Positions 1-11,200 of a stretch of DNA of 64,000 nt are shown here, piece by piece (positions within the stretch are counted from its first letter, which is position 1; each line of letters starts with the position of its first letter). The stretch lies in the NCBI RefSeq assembly GCF_009914755.1, contig NC_060943.1, one strand, 5' to 3'. The notes under the pieces were generated by a model. That model made no database searches and was not told the DNA's origin. It saw only the letters and a program-made list of their open reading frames with translations. Position numbers and translations under genes: made by a program. This DNA is from the human T2T-CHM13v2.0 reference genome, Homo sapiens.

Positions 1-150
1 CCTTTCTTTTAATAGAGCAGTTGGGAAACACTCTGTTTGTAAAGTCTGCAAGTGGATATTCAGACTTCTTTGAGGCCTTCGTTTGAAGCGGGATTTCTTC
101 ATATTCTGCTAGACAGAAGAATTCTCAGTAACTTCCTTGTGTTGTGTGTA

Positions 151-169
151 TTCAACTCACAGAGTTGAA
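151..169. other. Dyad symmetry TTCAACTC-ACA-GAGTTGAA (8-bp stem, 3-nt loop), once per dimer
   Basis: Perfect inverted repeat read directly in the A monomer. The homologous B-monomer site is imperfect (GAGTTTAA or GAGTTCAA). Confidence 0.85.
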
Positions 170-245
170 CGATCCTTTACACAGAGCAGACTTGAAACAC
201 TCTTTTTGTGGAATTTGCAAGTGGAGATTTCAGCCGCTTTGAGGT

Positions 246-262
246 CAATGGTAGAATAGGAA
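246..262 (+). promoter_or_regulatory. pJalpha-like A-box (representative copy; once per dimer)
   Basis: CAATGGTAGAATAGGAA lies exactly 171 bp upstream of the CENP-B box, at the homologous monomer position. It matches 14/17 to the pJalpha consensus as I recall it (CTAYGGTGRAAAAGGAA). Confidence 0.65.
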
Positions 263-274
263 ATATCTTCCTAT
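256..274. other. Dyad symmetry ATAGGAA-ATATC-TTCCTAT (7-bp stem, 5-nt loop), once per dimer
   Basis: Perfect inverted repeat read directly. It overlaps the 3' end of the pJalpha-like box. Confidence 0.85.
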
Positions 275-290
275 AGAAACTAGACAGAAT

Positions 291-459
291 GATTCTCAGA
301 AACTCCTTTGTGATGTGTGCGTTCAACTCACAGAGTTTAACCTTTCTTTTCATAGAGCAGTTAGGAAACACTCTGTTTGTAAAGTCTGCAAGTGGATATT
401 CAGACATCCTTGAGGCTTTCGTTGGAAACGGGATTTCTTCATATTCTGCTAGAAAGAAG
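291..459 (+). repeat. Representative B-type (J2-like) alpha-satellite monomer, 169 bp
   Basis: Runs from GATTCTCAG at 291 to the next AATTCTCAG at 460. Contains the CENP-B box at 417-433. Confidence 0.85.
417..433 (+). promoter_or_regulatory. CENP-B box (representative copy; recurs every ~340 bp across the window)
   Basis: TTTCGTTGGAAACGGGA matches YTTCGTTGGAARCGGGA, with all nine essential bases (nTTCGnnnnAnnCGGGn) intact. Other dimers carry CTTCGTTGGAAACGGGA or CTTCGTTGGAAGCGGGA. Confidence 0.97.
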
Positions 460-3400
460 AATTCTCAGTAACTTCCTTGTGTTGTGTGTATTCAACTCAC
501 AGAGTTGAACGATCCTTTACACAGAGCAGACTTGAAACACTCTTTTTGTGGAATTTGCAAGTGGAGATTTCAGCCGCTTTAGTTCAATGGTAGAATAGGA
601 AATATCTTCCTATAGAAACTAGACAGAATGATTCTCAGAAACTCCTTTGTGATGTGTGCGTTCAACTCACAGAGTTCAACCTTTCTTTTAATAGAGCAGT
701 TGGGAAACACTCTGTTTGTAAAGTCTGCAAGTGGATATTCAGACTTCTTTGAGGCCTTCGTTGGAAGCGGGATTTCTTCATATTCTGCTAGACAGAAGAA
801 TTCTCAGTAACTTCCTTGTGTTGTGTGTATTCAACTCACAGAGTTGAACGATCCTTTACACAGAGCAGACTTGAAACACTCTTTTTGTGGAATTTGCAAG
901 TGGAGATTTCAGCCACTTTGAGGTCAATGGTAGAATAGGAAATATCTTCCTATAGAAACTAGACAGAATGATTCTCAGAAACTCCTTTGTGATGTGTGCG
1001 TTCAACTCACAGAGTTTAACCTTTCTTTTCATAGAGCAGTTAGGAAACACTCTGTTTGTAAAGTCTGCAAGTGGATATTCAGACATCCTTGAGGCTTTCG
1101 TTGGAAACGGGATTTCTTCATATTCTGCTAGAAAGAAGAATTCTCAGTAACTTCCTTGTGTTGTGTGTATTCAACTCACAGAGTTGAACGATCCTTTACA
1201 CAGAGCAGACTTGAAACACTCTTTTTGTGGAATTTGCAAGTGGAGATTTCAGCCGCTTTGAGGTCAATGGTAGAATAGGAAATATCTTCCTATAGAAAAT
1301 GGACAGAATGATTCTCAGAAACTCCTTTGTGATGTGTGCGTTCAACTCACAGAGTTTAACCTTTCTTTTCATAGAGCAGTTAGGAAACACTCTGTTTGTA
1401 AAGTCTGCAAGTGGATATTCAGACCTCCTTGAGGCCTTCGTTGGAAACGGGATTTCTTCATATTATGGTAGACAGAAGAATTCTCAGTAACTTCCTTGTG
1501 TTGTGTGTATTCAACTCACAGAGTTGAACGATCCTTTACACAGAGCAGACTTGAAACACTCTTTTTGTGGAATTTGCAAGTGGAGATTTCAGCCGCTTTG
1601 AGGTCAATGGTAGAATAGGAAATATCTTCCTATAGAAAATAGACAGAATGATTCTCAGAAACTCCTTTGTGATGTGTGCGTTCAACTCACAGAGTTTAAC
1701 CTTTCTTTTCATAGAGCAGTTAGGAAACACTCTGTTTGTAAAGTCTGCAAGTGGATATTCAGACCTCCTTGAGGCCTTCGTTGGAAACGGGATTTCTTCA
1801 TATTATGGTAGACAGAAGAATTCTCAGTAACTTCCTTGTGTTGTGTGTATTCAACTCACAGAGTTGAACGATCCTTTACACAGAGCAGACTTGAAACTCT
1901 CTTTTTGTGGAATTTGCAAGTGGAGATTTCAGCCGCTTTGAGGTCAATGGTAGAATAGGAAATATCTTCCTATAGAAACTAGACAGAATGATTCTCAGAA
2001 ACTCCTTTGTGATGTGTGCGTTCAACTCACAGAGTTCAACCTTTCTTTTCATAGAGCAGTTGGGAAACACTCTGTTTGTAAAGTCTGCAAGTGGATATTC
2101 AGACTTCTTTGAGGCCTTCGTTGGAAGCGGGATTTCTTCATATTCTGCTAGACAGAAGAATTCTCAGTAACTGCCTTGTGTTGTGTGTATTCAACTCACA
2201 GAGTTGAACGATCCTTTACACAGAGCAGACTTGAAACACTCTTTTTGTGGAATTTGCAAGTGGAGATTTCAGCCGCTTTGAGGTCAATGGTAGAATAGGA
2301 AATATCTTCCTATAGAAACTAGACAGAATGATTCTCAGAAACTCCTTTGTGATGTGTGCGTTCAACTCACAGAGTTTACCCTTTCTTTTCATAGAGCAGT
2401 TAGGAAACACTCTGTTTGTAAAGTCTGCAAGTGGATATTCAGACATCCTTGAGGCTTTCGTTGGAAACGGGATTTCTTCATATTCTGCCAGAAAGAAGAA
2501 TTCTCAGTAACTTCCTTGTGTTGTGTGTATTCAACTCACAGAGTTGAACGATCCTTTACACAGAGCAGACTTGAAACACTCTTTTTGTGGAATTTGCAAG
2601 TGGAGATTTCAGCCGCTTTGAGGTCAATGGTAGAATAGGAAATATCTTCCTATAGAAACTAGACAGAATGATTCTCAGAAACTCCTTTGTGATGTGTGCG
2701 TTCAACTCACAGAGTTCAACCTTTCTTTTCATAGAGCAGTTGGGAAACACTCTGTTTGTAAAGTCTGCAAGTGGATATTCAGACTTCTTTGAGGCCTTCG
2801 TTGGAAGCGGGATTTCTTCATGTTCTGTTAGACAGAAGAATTCTCAGTAACTGCCTTGTGTTGTGTGTATTCAACTCACAGAGTTGAACGATCCTTTACA
2901 CAGAGCAGACTTGAAACACTCCTTTTGTGGAATTTGCAAGTGGAGATTTCAGCCGCTTTGAGGTCAATGGTAGAATAGGAAATATCTTCCTATAGAAACT
3001 AGACAGAATGATTCTCAGAAACTCCTTTGTGATGTGTGCGTTCAACTCACAGAGTTTAACCTTTCTTTTCATAGAGCAGTTAGGAAACACTCTGTTTGTA
3101 AAGTCTGCAAGTGGATATTCAGACATCCGTGAGGCTTTCGTTGGAAACGGGATTTCTTCATATTCTGCTAGAAAGAAGAATTCTCAGTAACTTCCTTGTG
3201 TTGTGTGTATTCAACTCACAGAGTTGAACGATCCTTTACACAGAGCAGACTTGAAACACTCTTTTTGTGGAATTTGCAAGTGGAGATTTCAGCCGCTTTG
3301 AGGTCAATGGTAGAATAGGAAATATCTTCCTATAGAAACTAGACAGAATGATTCTCAGAAACTCCTTTGTGATGTGTGCGTTCAACTCACAGAGTTTAAC

Positions 3401-6400
3401 CTTTCTTTTCATAGAGCAGTTAGGAAACACTCTGTTTGTAAAGTCTGCAAGTGGATATTCAGACATCCTTGAGGCTTTCGTTGGAAACGGGATTTCTTCA
3501 TATTCTGCTAGAAAGAAGAATTCTCAGTAACTTCCTTGTGTTGTGTGTATTCAACTCACAGAGTTGAACGACCCTTTACACAGAGCAGACTTGAAACACT
3601 CTTTTTGTGGAATTTGCAAGTGGAGATTTCAGCCGCTTTGAGGTCAATGGTAGAATAGGAAATATCTTCCTATAGAAACTAGACAGAATGATTCTCAGAA
3701 ACTCCTTTGTGATGTGTGCGTTCAACTCACAGAGTTTAACCTTTCTTTTCATAGAGCAGTTGGGAAACACTCTGCTTGTAAAGTCTGCAAGTGGATATTC
3801 AGACATCCTTGAGGCTTTCGTTGGAAACGGGATTTCTTCATATTCTGCTAGAAAGAAGAATTCTCAGTAACTTCCTTGTGTTGTGTGTATTCAACTCACA
3901 GAGTTGAACGATCCTTTACACAGAGCAGACTTGAAACACTCTTTTTGTGGAATTTGCAAGTGGAGATTTCAGCCGCTTTGAGTTCAATGGTAGAATAGGA
4001 AATATCTTCCTATAGAAACTAGACAGAATGATTCTCAGAAACTCCTTTGTGATGTGTGCGTTCAACTCACAGAGTTCAACCTTTCTTTTCATAGAGCAGT
4101 TGGGAAACACTCTGTTTGTAAAGTCTGCAAGTGGATATTCAGACTTCTTTGAGGCCTTCGTTGGAAGCGGGATTTCTTCATGTTCTGCTAGACAGAAGAA
4201 TTCTTAGAAACTTCCTTGTGTTGTGTGTTTTCAACTCACAGAGTTGAACGATCCTTTACACAGAGCAGACTTGAAACACTCCTATTGTGGAATTTGCAAG
4301 TGGAGATTTCAGCCGCTTTGAGGTCAATGGTAGAATAGGAAATATCTTCCTATAGAAAGTAGACAGAATGATTCTCAGAAACTCCTTTGTGATGTGTGCG
4401 TTCAACTCACAGAGTTTAACCTTTCTTTTCATAGAGCAGTTAGGAAACACTCTGTTTGTAAAGTCTGCAAGTGGATATTCAGACCTCCTTGAGGCCTTCG
4501 TTGGAAACGGGATTTCTTCATATTCTGCTAGACAGAAGAATTCTCAGTAACTTCCTTGTGTTGTGTGTATTCAACTCACAGAGTTGAACGATCCTTTACA
4601 CAGAGCAGACTTGAAACACTCTTTTTGTGGAATTTGCAAGTGGAGATTTCAGCCGCTTTGAGGTCAATGGTAGAATAGGAAATATCTTCCTATAGAAACT
4701 AGACAGAATGATTCTCAGAAACTCCTTTGTGATGTGTGCGTTCAACTCACAGAGTTCAACCTTTCTTTTCATAGAGCAGTTAGGAAACACTCTGTTTGTA
4801 AAGTCTGCAAGTGGATATTCAGACATCCTTGAGGCTTTCGTTGGAAACGGGATTTCTTCATATTATGCTAGAAAGAAGAATTCTCAGTAACTTCCTTGTG
4901 TTGTGTGTATTCAACTCACAGAGTTGAACGATCCTTTACACAGAGCAGACTTGAAACACTCTTTTTGTGGAATTTGCAAGTGGAGATTTCAGCCGCTTTG
5001 AGGTCAATGGTAGAATAGGAAATATCTTCCTATAGAAACTAGACAGAATGATTCTCAGAAACTCCTTTGTGATGTGTGCGTTCAACTCACAGAGTTTAAC
5101 CTTTCTTTTCATAGAGCAGTTGGGAAACACTCTGTTTGTAAAGTCTGCAATTGGATATTCAGACATCCTTGAGGCTTTCGTTGGAAACGGGATTTCTTCA
5201 TATTCTGCTAGAAAGAAGAATTCTCAGTAACTTCCTTGTGTTGTGTGTATTCAACTCACAGAGTTGCACGATCCTTTACACAGAGCAGACTTGAAACACT
5301 CTTTTTGTGGAATTTGCAAGTGGAGATTTCAGCCGCTTTGAGTTCAATGGTAGAATAGGAAATATCTTCCTATAGAAACTAGACAGAATGATTCTCAGAA
5401 ACTCCTTTGTGATGTGTGCGTTCAACTCACAGAGTTCAACCTTTCCTTTCATAGAGCAGTTGGGAAACACTCTGTTTGTAAAGTCTGCAAGTGGATATTC
5501 AGACTTCTTTGAGGCCTTCGTTGGAAGCGGGATTTCTTCATGTTCTGCTAGACAGAAGAATTCTCAGAAACTTCCTTGTGTTGTGTGTTTTCAACTCACA
5601 GAGTTGAACGATCCTTTACACAGAGCAGACTTGAAACACTCCTTTTGTGGAATTTGCAAGTGGAGATTTCAGCCGCTTTGAGGTCAATGGTAGAATAGGA
5701 AATATCTTCCTATAGAAACTAGACAGAATGATTCTGAGAAATCCTTTGTGATGTGTGCGTTCAACTCACAGAGTTTAACCTTTCTTTTCATAGAGCAGTT
5801 AGGAAACACTCTGTTTTTAAAGTCTTCAAGTGGATATTCAGACCTCCTTGAGGCCTTCGTTGGAAACGGGATTTCTTCATATTATGCTAGACAGAGGAAT
5901 TCTCAGGAACTTCCTTGTGTTGTGTGTATTCAACTCACAGAGTTGAACGATCCTTTACACAGAGCAGACTTGAAACACTCTTTTTGTGGAATTTGCAAGT
6001 GGAGATTTCAGCCGCTTTGAGTTCAATGGTAGAATAGGAAATATCTTCCTATAGAAAGTACACAGAATGATTCTCAGAAACTGCTTTGTGATGTGTGCGT
6101 TCAACTCACAGAGTTCAACCTTTCTTTTCATAGAGCAGTTGGGAAACACTCTGTTTGTAAAGTCTGCAAGTGGATATTCAGACTTCTTTGAGGCCTTCGT
6201 TGGAAGCGGGATTTCTTCATATTCTGCTAGACAGAAGAATTCTCAGTAACTTCCTTGTGTTGTGTGTATTCAACTCACAGAGTTGAACGATCCTTTACAC
6301 AGAGCAGACTTGAAACACTCTTTTTGTGGAATTTGCAAGTGGAGATTTCAGCCGCTTTGAGGTCAATGGTAGAATAGGAAATATCTTCCTATAGAAACTA

Positions 6401-6874
6401 GACAGAATGATTCTCAGAAACTCCTTTGTGATGTGTGCGTTCAACTCACAGAGTTCAACCTTTCTTTTCATAGAGCAGTTGGGAAACACTCTGTTTGTAA
6501 AGTCTGCAAGTGGATATTCAGACTTCTTTGAGGCCTTCGTTGGAAGCGGGATTTCTTCATGTTCTGCTAGACAGAAGAATTCTCAGAAACTTCCTTGTGT
6601 TGTGTGTTTTCAACTCACAGAGTTGAACGATCCTTTACACAGAGCAGACTTGAAACACTCCTTTTGTGGAATTTGCAAGTGGAGATTTCAGCCGCTTTGA
6701 GGTCAATGGTAGAATAGGAAATATCTTCCTATAGAAAGTAGACAGAATGATTCTCAGAAACTCCTTTGTGATGTGTGCGTTCAACTCACAGAGTTTAACC
6801 TTTCTTTTCATAGAGCAGTTAGGAAACACTCTGTTTGTAAAGTCTGCAAGTGGATATTCAGACCTCCTTGAGGC

Positions 6875-6891
6875 CTTCGTTGGAAACAGGA
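6875..6891 (+). promoter_or_regulatory. Disrupted CENP-B box
   Basis: CTTCGTTGGAAACAGGA: the essential CGGG is changed to CAGG (a CpG transition). Confidence 0.85.
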
Positions 6892-8234
6892 TTTCTTCAT
6901 ATTCTGCTAGACAGAAGAATTCTCAGTAACTTCCTTGTGTTGTGTGTATTCAACTCACAGAGTTGAACGATCCTTTACACAGAGCAGACTTGAAACACTC
7001 TTTTTGTGGAATTTGCAAGTGGAGATTTCAGCCGCTTTGAGTTCAATGGTAGAATAGGAAATATCTTCCTATAGAAACTAGTCAGAATGATTCTCAGAAA
7101 CTCCTTTGTGATGTGTGCGTTCAACTCACAGAGTTCAACCTTTCTTTTCATAGAGCAGTTGGGAAACACTCTGTTTGTAAAGTCTGCAAGTGGATATTCA
7201 GACTTCTTTGAGGCCTTCGTTGGAAGCGGGATTTCTTCATATTCTGCTAGACAGAAGAATTCTCAGTAACTGCCTTGTGTTGTGTGTATTCAACTCACAG
7301 AGTTGAACGATCCTTTACACAGAGCAGACTTGAAACACTCTTTTTGTGGAATTTGCAAGTGGAGATTTCAGCCGCTTTGAGGTCAATGGTAGAATAGGAA
7401 ATATCTTCCTATAGAAACTAGACAGAATGATTCTCAGAAACTCCTTTGTGATGTGTGCGTTCAACTCACAGAGTTCAACCTTTCTTTTCATAGAGCAGTT
7501 GGGAAACACTCTGTTTGTAAAGTCTGCAAGTGGATATTCAGACTTCTTTGAGGCCTTCGTTGGAAGCGGGATTTCTTCATATTCTGCTAGACAGAAGAAT
7601 TCTCAGTAACTGCCTTGTGTTGTGTGTATTCAACTCACAGAGTTGAACGATCCTTTACACAGAGCAGACTTGAAACACTCTTTTTGTGGAATTTGCAAGT
7701 GGAGATTTCAGCCGCTTTGAGGTCAATTGTAGAATAGGAAATATCTTCCTATAGAAACTAGACAGAATGATTCTCAGAAACTCCTTTGTGATGTGTGCGT
7801 TCAACTCACAGAGTTTAACCTTTCTTTTCATAGAGCAGTTAGGAAACACTCTGTTTGTAAAGTCTGCAAGTGGATATTCAGACATCCTTGAGGCTTTCGT
7901 TGGAAACGGGATTTCTTCATATTCTGCTAGAAAGAAGGATTCTCAGTAACTTCCTTGTGTTGTGTGTATTCAACTCACAGAGTTGAACGATCCTTTACAC
8001 AGAGCAGACTTGAAACACTCTTTTTGTGGAATTTGCAAGTGGAGATTTCAGCCGCTTTTAGGTCAATGGTAGAATAGGAAATATCTTCCTATAGAAACTA
8101 GACAGAATGATTCTCAGAAACTTCTTTGTGATGTGTGCGTTCAACTCACACAGTTTAACCTTTCTTTTCATAGAGCAGTTAGGAAACACTCTGTTTGTAA
8201 AGTCTGCAAGTGGATATTCAGACCTCCTTGAGGC

Positions 8235-8251
8235 CATCGTTGGAAACGGGA
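8235..8251 (+). promoter_or_regulatory. Disrupted CENP-B box
   Basis: CATCGTTGGAAACGGGA: the essential TTCG is changed to ATCG. Confidence 0.8.
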
Positions 8252-11200
8252 TTTCTTCATATTATGCTAGACAGAAGAATTCTCAGTAACTTCCTTGTGT
8301 TGTGTGTATTCAACTCACAGAGTTGAACGATCCTTTACACAGAGCAGACTTGAAACACTCTTTTTGTGGAATTTGCAAGTGGAGATTTCAGCCGCTTTGA
8401 GTTCAATGGTAGAATAGGAAATATCTTCCTATAGAAACTAGACAGAATGATTCTCAGAAACTCCTTTGTGATGTGTGCGTTCAACTCACAGAGTTCAACC
8501 TTTCTTTTCATAGAGCAGTTGGGAAACACTCTGTTTGTAAAGTCTGCAAGTGGATATTCAGACTTCTTTGAGGCCTTCGTTGGAAGCGGGATTTCTTCAT
8601 GTTCTGCTAGACAGAAGAATTCTCAGAAACTTCCTTGTGTTGTGTGTTTTCAACTCACAGAGTTGAACGATCCTTTACACAGAGCAGACTTGAAACACTC
8701 CTTTTGTGGAATTTGCAAGTGGAGATTTCAGCCGCTTTGAGGTCAATGGTAGAATAGGAAATATCTTCCTATAGAAAGTAGACAGAATGATTCTCAGAAA
8801 CTCCTTTGTTATGTGTGCGTTCAACTCACAGAGTTTAACCTTTCTTTTCATAGAGCAGTTAGGAAACACTCTGTTTGTAAAGTCTGCAAGTGGATATTCA
8901 GACCTCCTTGAGGCCTTCGTTGGAAGCGGGATTTCTTCATGTTCAGCTAGACAGAAGAATTCTCAGAAACTTCCTTGTGTTGTGTGTTTTCAACTCACAG
9001 AGTTGAACGATCCTTTACACAGAGCAGACTTGAAACACTCCTTTTGTGGAATTTGCAAGTGGAGATTTCAGCCGCTTTGAGGTCAATGGTAGAATAGGAA
9101 ATATCTTCCTATAGAAACTAGACAGAATGATTCTGAGAAATCCTTTGTGATGTGTGCGTTCAACTCACAGAGTTTAACCTTTCTTTTCATAGAGCAGTTA
9201 GTAAACACTCTGTTTTTAAAGTCTTCAAGTGGATATTCAGACCTCCTTGAGGCCTTCGTTGGAAACGGGATTTCTTCATATTATGCTAGACAGAGGAATT
9301 CTCAGGAACTTCCTTGTGTTGTGTGTATTCAACTCACAGAGTTGAACGATCCTTTACACAGAGCAGACTTGAAACACTCTTTTTGTGGAATTTGCAAGTG
9401 GAGATTTCAGCCGCTTTGAGTTCAAAGGTAGAATAGGAAATATCTTCCTATAGAAAGTACACAGAATGATTCTCAGAAACTGCTTTGTGATGTGTGCGTT
9501 CAACTCACAGAGTTCAACCTTTCTTTTCATAGAGCAGTTGGGAAACACTCTGTTTGTAAAGTCTGCAAGTGGATATTCAGACTTCTTTGAGGCCTTCGTT
9601 GGAAGCGGGATTTCTTCATATTCTGCTAGACAGAAGAATTCTCAGTAACTGCCTTGTGTTGTGTGTATTCAACTCACAGAGTTGAACGATCCTTTACACA
9701 GAGCAGACTTGAAACACTCTTTTTGTGGAATTTGCAAGTGGAGATTTCAGCCGCTTTGAGGTCAATGGTAGAATAGGAAATATCTTCCTATAGAAACTAG
9801 ACAGAATGATTCTCAGAAACTCCTTTGTGATGTGTGCGTTCAACTCACAGAGTTTATCCTTTCTTTTCATAGAGCAGTTAGGAAACACTCTGTTTGTAAA
9901 GTCTGCAAGTGGATATTCAGACATCCTTGAGGCTTTCGTTGGAAACGGGATTTCTTCATATTCTGCTAGAAAGAAGAATTCTCAGTAACTTCCTTGTGTT
10001 GTGTGTATTCAACTCACAGAGTTGAACGATCCTTTACACAGAGCAGACTTGAAACACTCTTTTTGTGGAATTTGCAAGTGGAGATTTCAGCCGCTTTGAG
10101 GTCAATGGTAGAATAGGAAATATCTTCCTATAGAAAATAGACAGAATGATTCTCAGAAACTCCTTTGTGATGTGTGCGTTCAACTCACAGAGTTTAACCT
10201 TTCTTTTCATAGAGCAGTTCGGAAACACTCTGTTTGTAAAGTCTGCAAGTGGATATTCAGACATCCTTGAGGCTTTCGTTGGAAACGGGATTTCTTCATA
10301 TTCTGCTAGAAAGAAGAATTCTCAGTAACTTCCTTGTGTTGTGTGTATTCAACTCACAGAGTTGAACGATCCTTTACACAGAGCAGACTTGAAACACTCT
10401 TTTTGTGGAATTTGCAAGTGGAGATTTCAGCCGCTTTGAGGTCAATGGTAGAATAGGAAATATCTTCCTATAGAAACTAGACAGAATGATTCTCAGAAAC
10501 TCCTTTGTGATGTGTGCGTTCAACTCACAGAGTTCAACCTTTCTTTTCATAGAGCAGTTGGGAAACACTCTGTTTGTAAAGTCTGCAAGTGGATATTCAG
10601 ACTTCTTTGAGGCCTTCGTTGGAAGCGGGATTTCTTCATGTTCTGCTAGACAGAAGAATTCTTAGAAACTTCCTTGTGTTGTGTGTTTTCAACTCACAGA
10701 GTTGAACGATCCTTTACACAGAGCAGACTTGAAACACTCCTTTTGTGGAATTTGCAAGTGGAGATTTCAGCCGCTTTGAGGTCAATGGTAGAATAGGAAA
10801 TATCTTCCTATAGAAAGTAGACAGAATGATTCTCAGAAACTCCTTTGTGATGTGTGCGTTCAACTCACAGAGTTTAACCTTTCTTTTCATAGAGCAGTTA
10901 GGAAACACTCTGTTTGTAAAGTCTGCAAGTGGATATTCAGACCTCCTTGAGGCCTTCGTTGGAAACGGGATTTCTTCATATTCTGTTAGACAGAAGAATT
11001 CTCCGTAACTTCCTTGTGTTGTGTGTATTCAACTCACAGAGTTGAACGATCCTTTACACAGAGCAGACTTGAAACACTCTTTTTGTGGAATTTGCAAGTG
11101 GAGATTTCAGCCGCTTTGAGGTCAATGGTAGAATAGGAAATATCTTCCTATAGAAACTAGACAGAATGATTCTCAGAAACTCCTTTGTGATGTGTGCGTT

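Larger units (their letters stand above)
120..290 (+). repeat. Representative A-type (J1-like) alpha-satellite monomer, 171 bp
   Basis: Runs from AATTCTCAG at 120 to the homologous GATTCTCAG at 291. Carries a pJalpha-like box instead of a CENP-B box. Confidence 0.85.

Noticed and set aside
77-93. Variant CENP-B box CTTCGTTTGAAGCGGGA
   Set aside because: The G>T change is at a non-essential position, so I did not count this box as disrupted.
151-274. Hairpins as intrinsic terminators or structured ncRNA genes
   Set aside because: This is eukaryotic satellite context with short AT-rich stems and no U-tract or gene architecture. Alpha-satellite transcription is known in general but cannot be located from this sequence.
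5388-6020. Longer 90-100 aa read-through ORFs
   Set aside because: They arise from single SNPs (CAGTAA to CAGAAA or CAGGAA) that remove a stop and simply mark the C-type and CTGAGAAATCC dimers. There is no evidence of coding selection.
7935-7945. Loss of the EcoRI site (AAGGATTC)
   Set aside because: It is a single private SNP, useful only as a marker.
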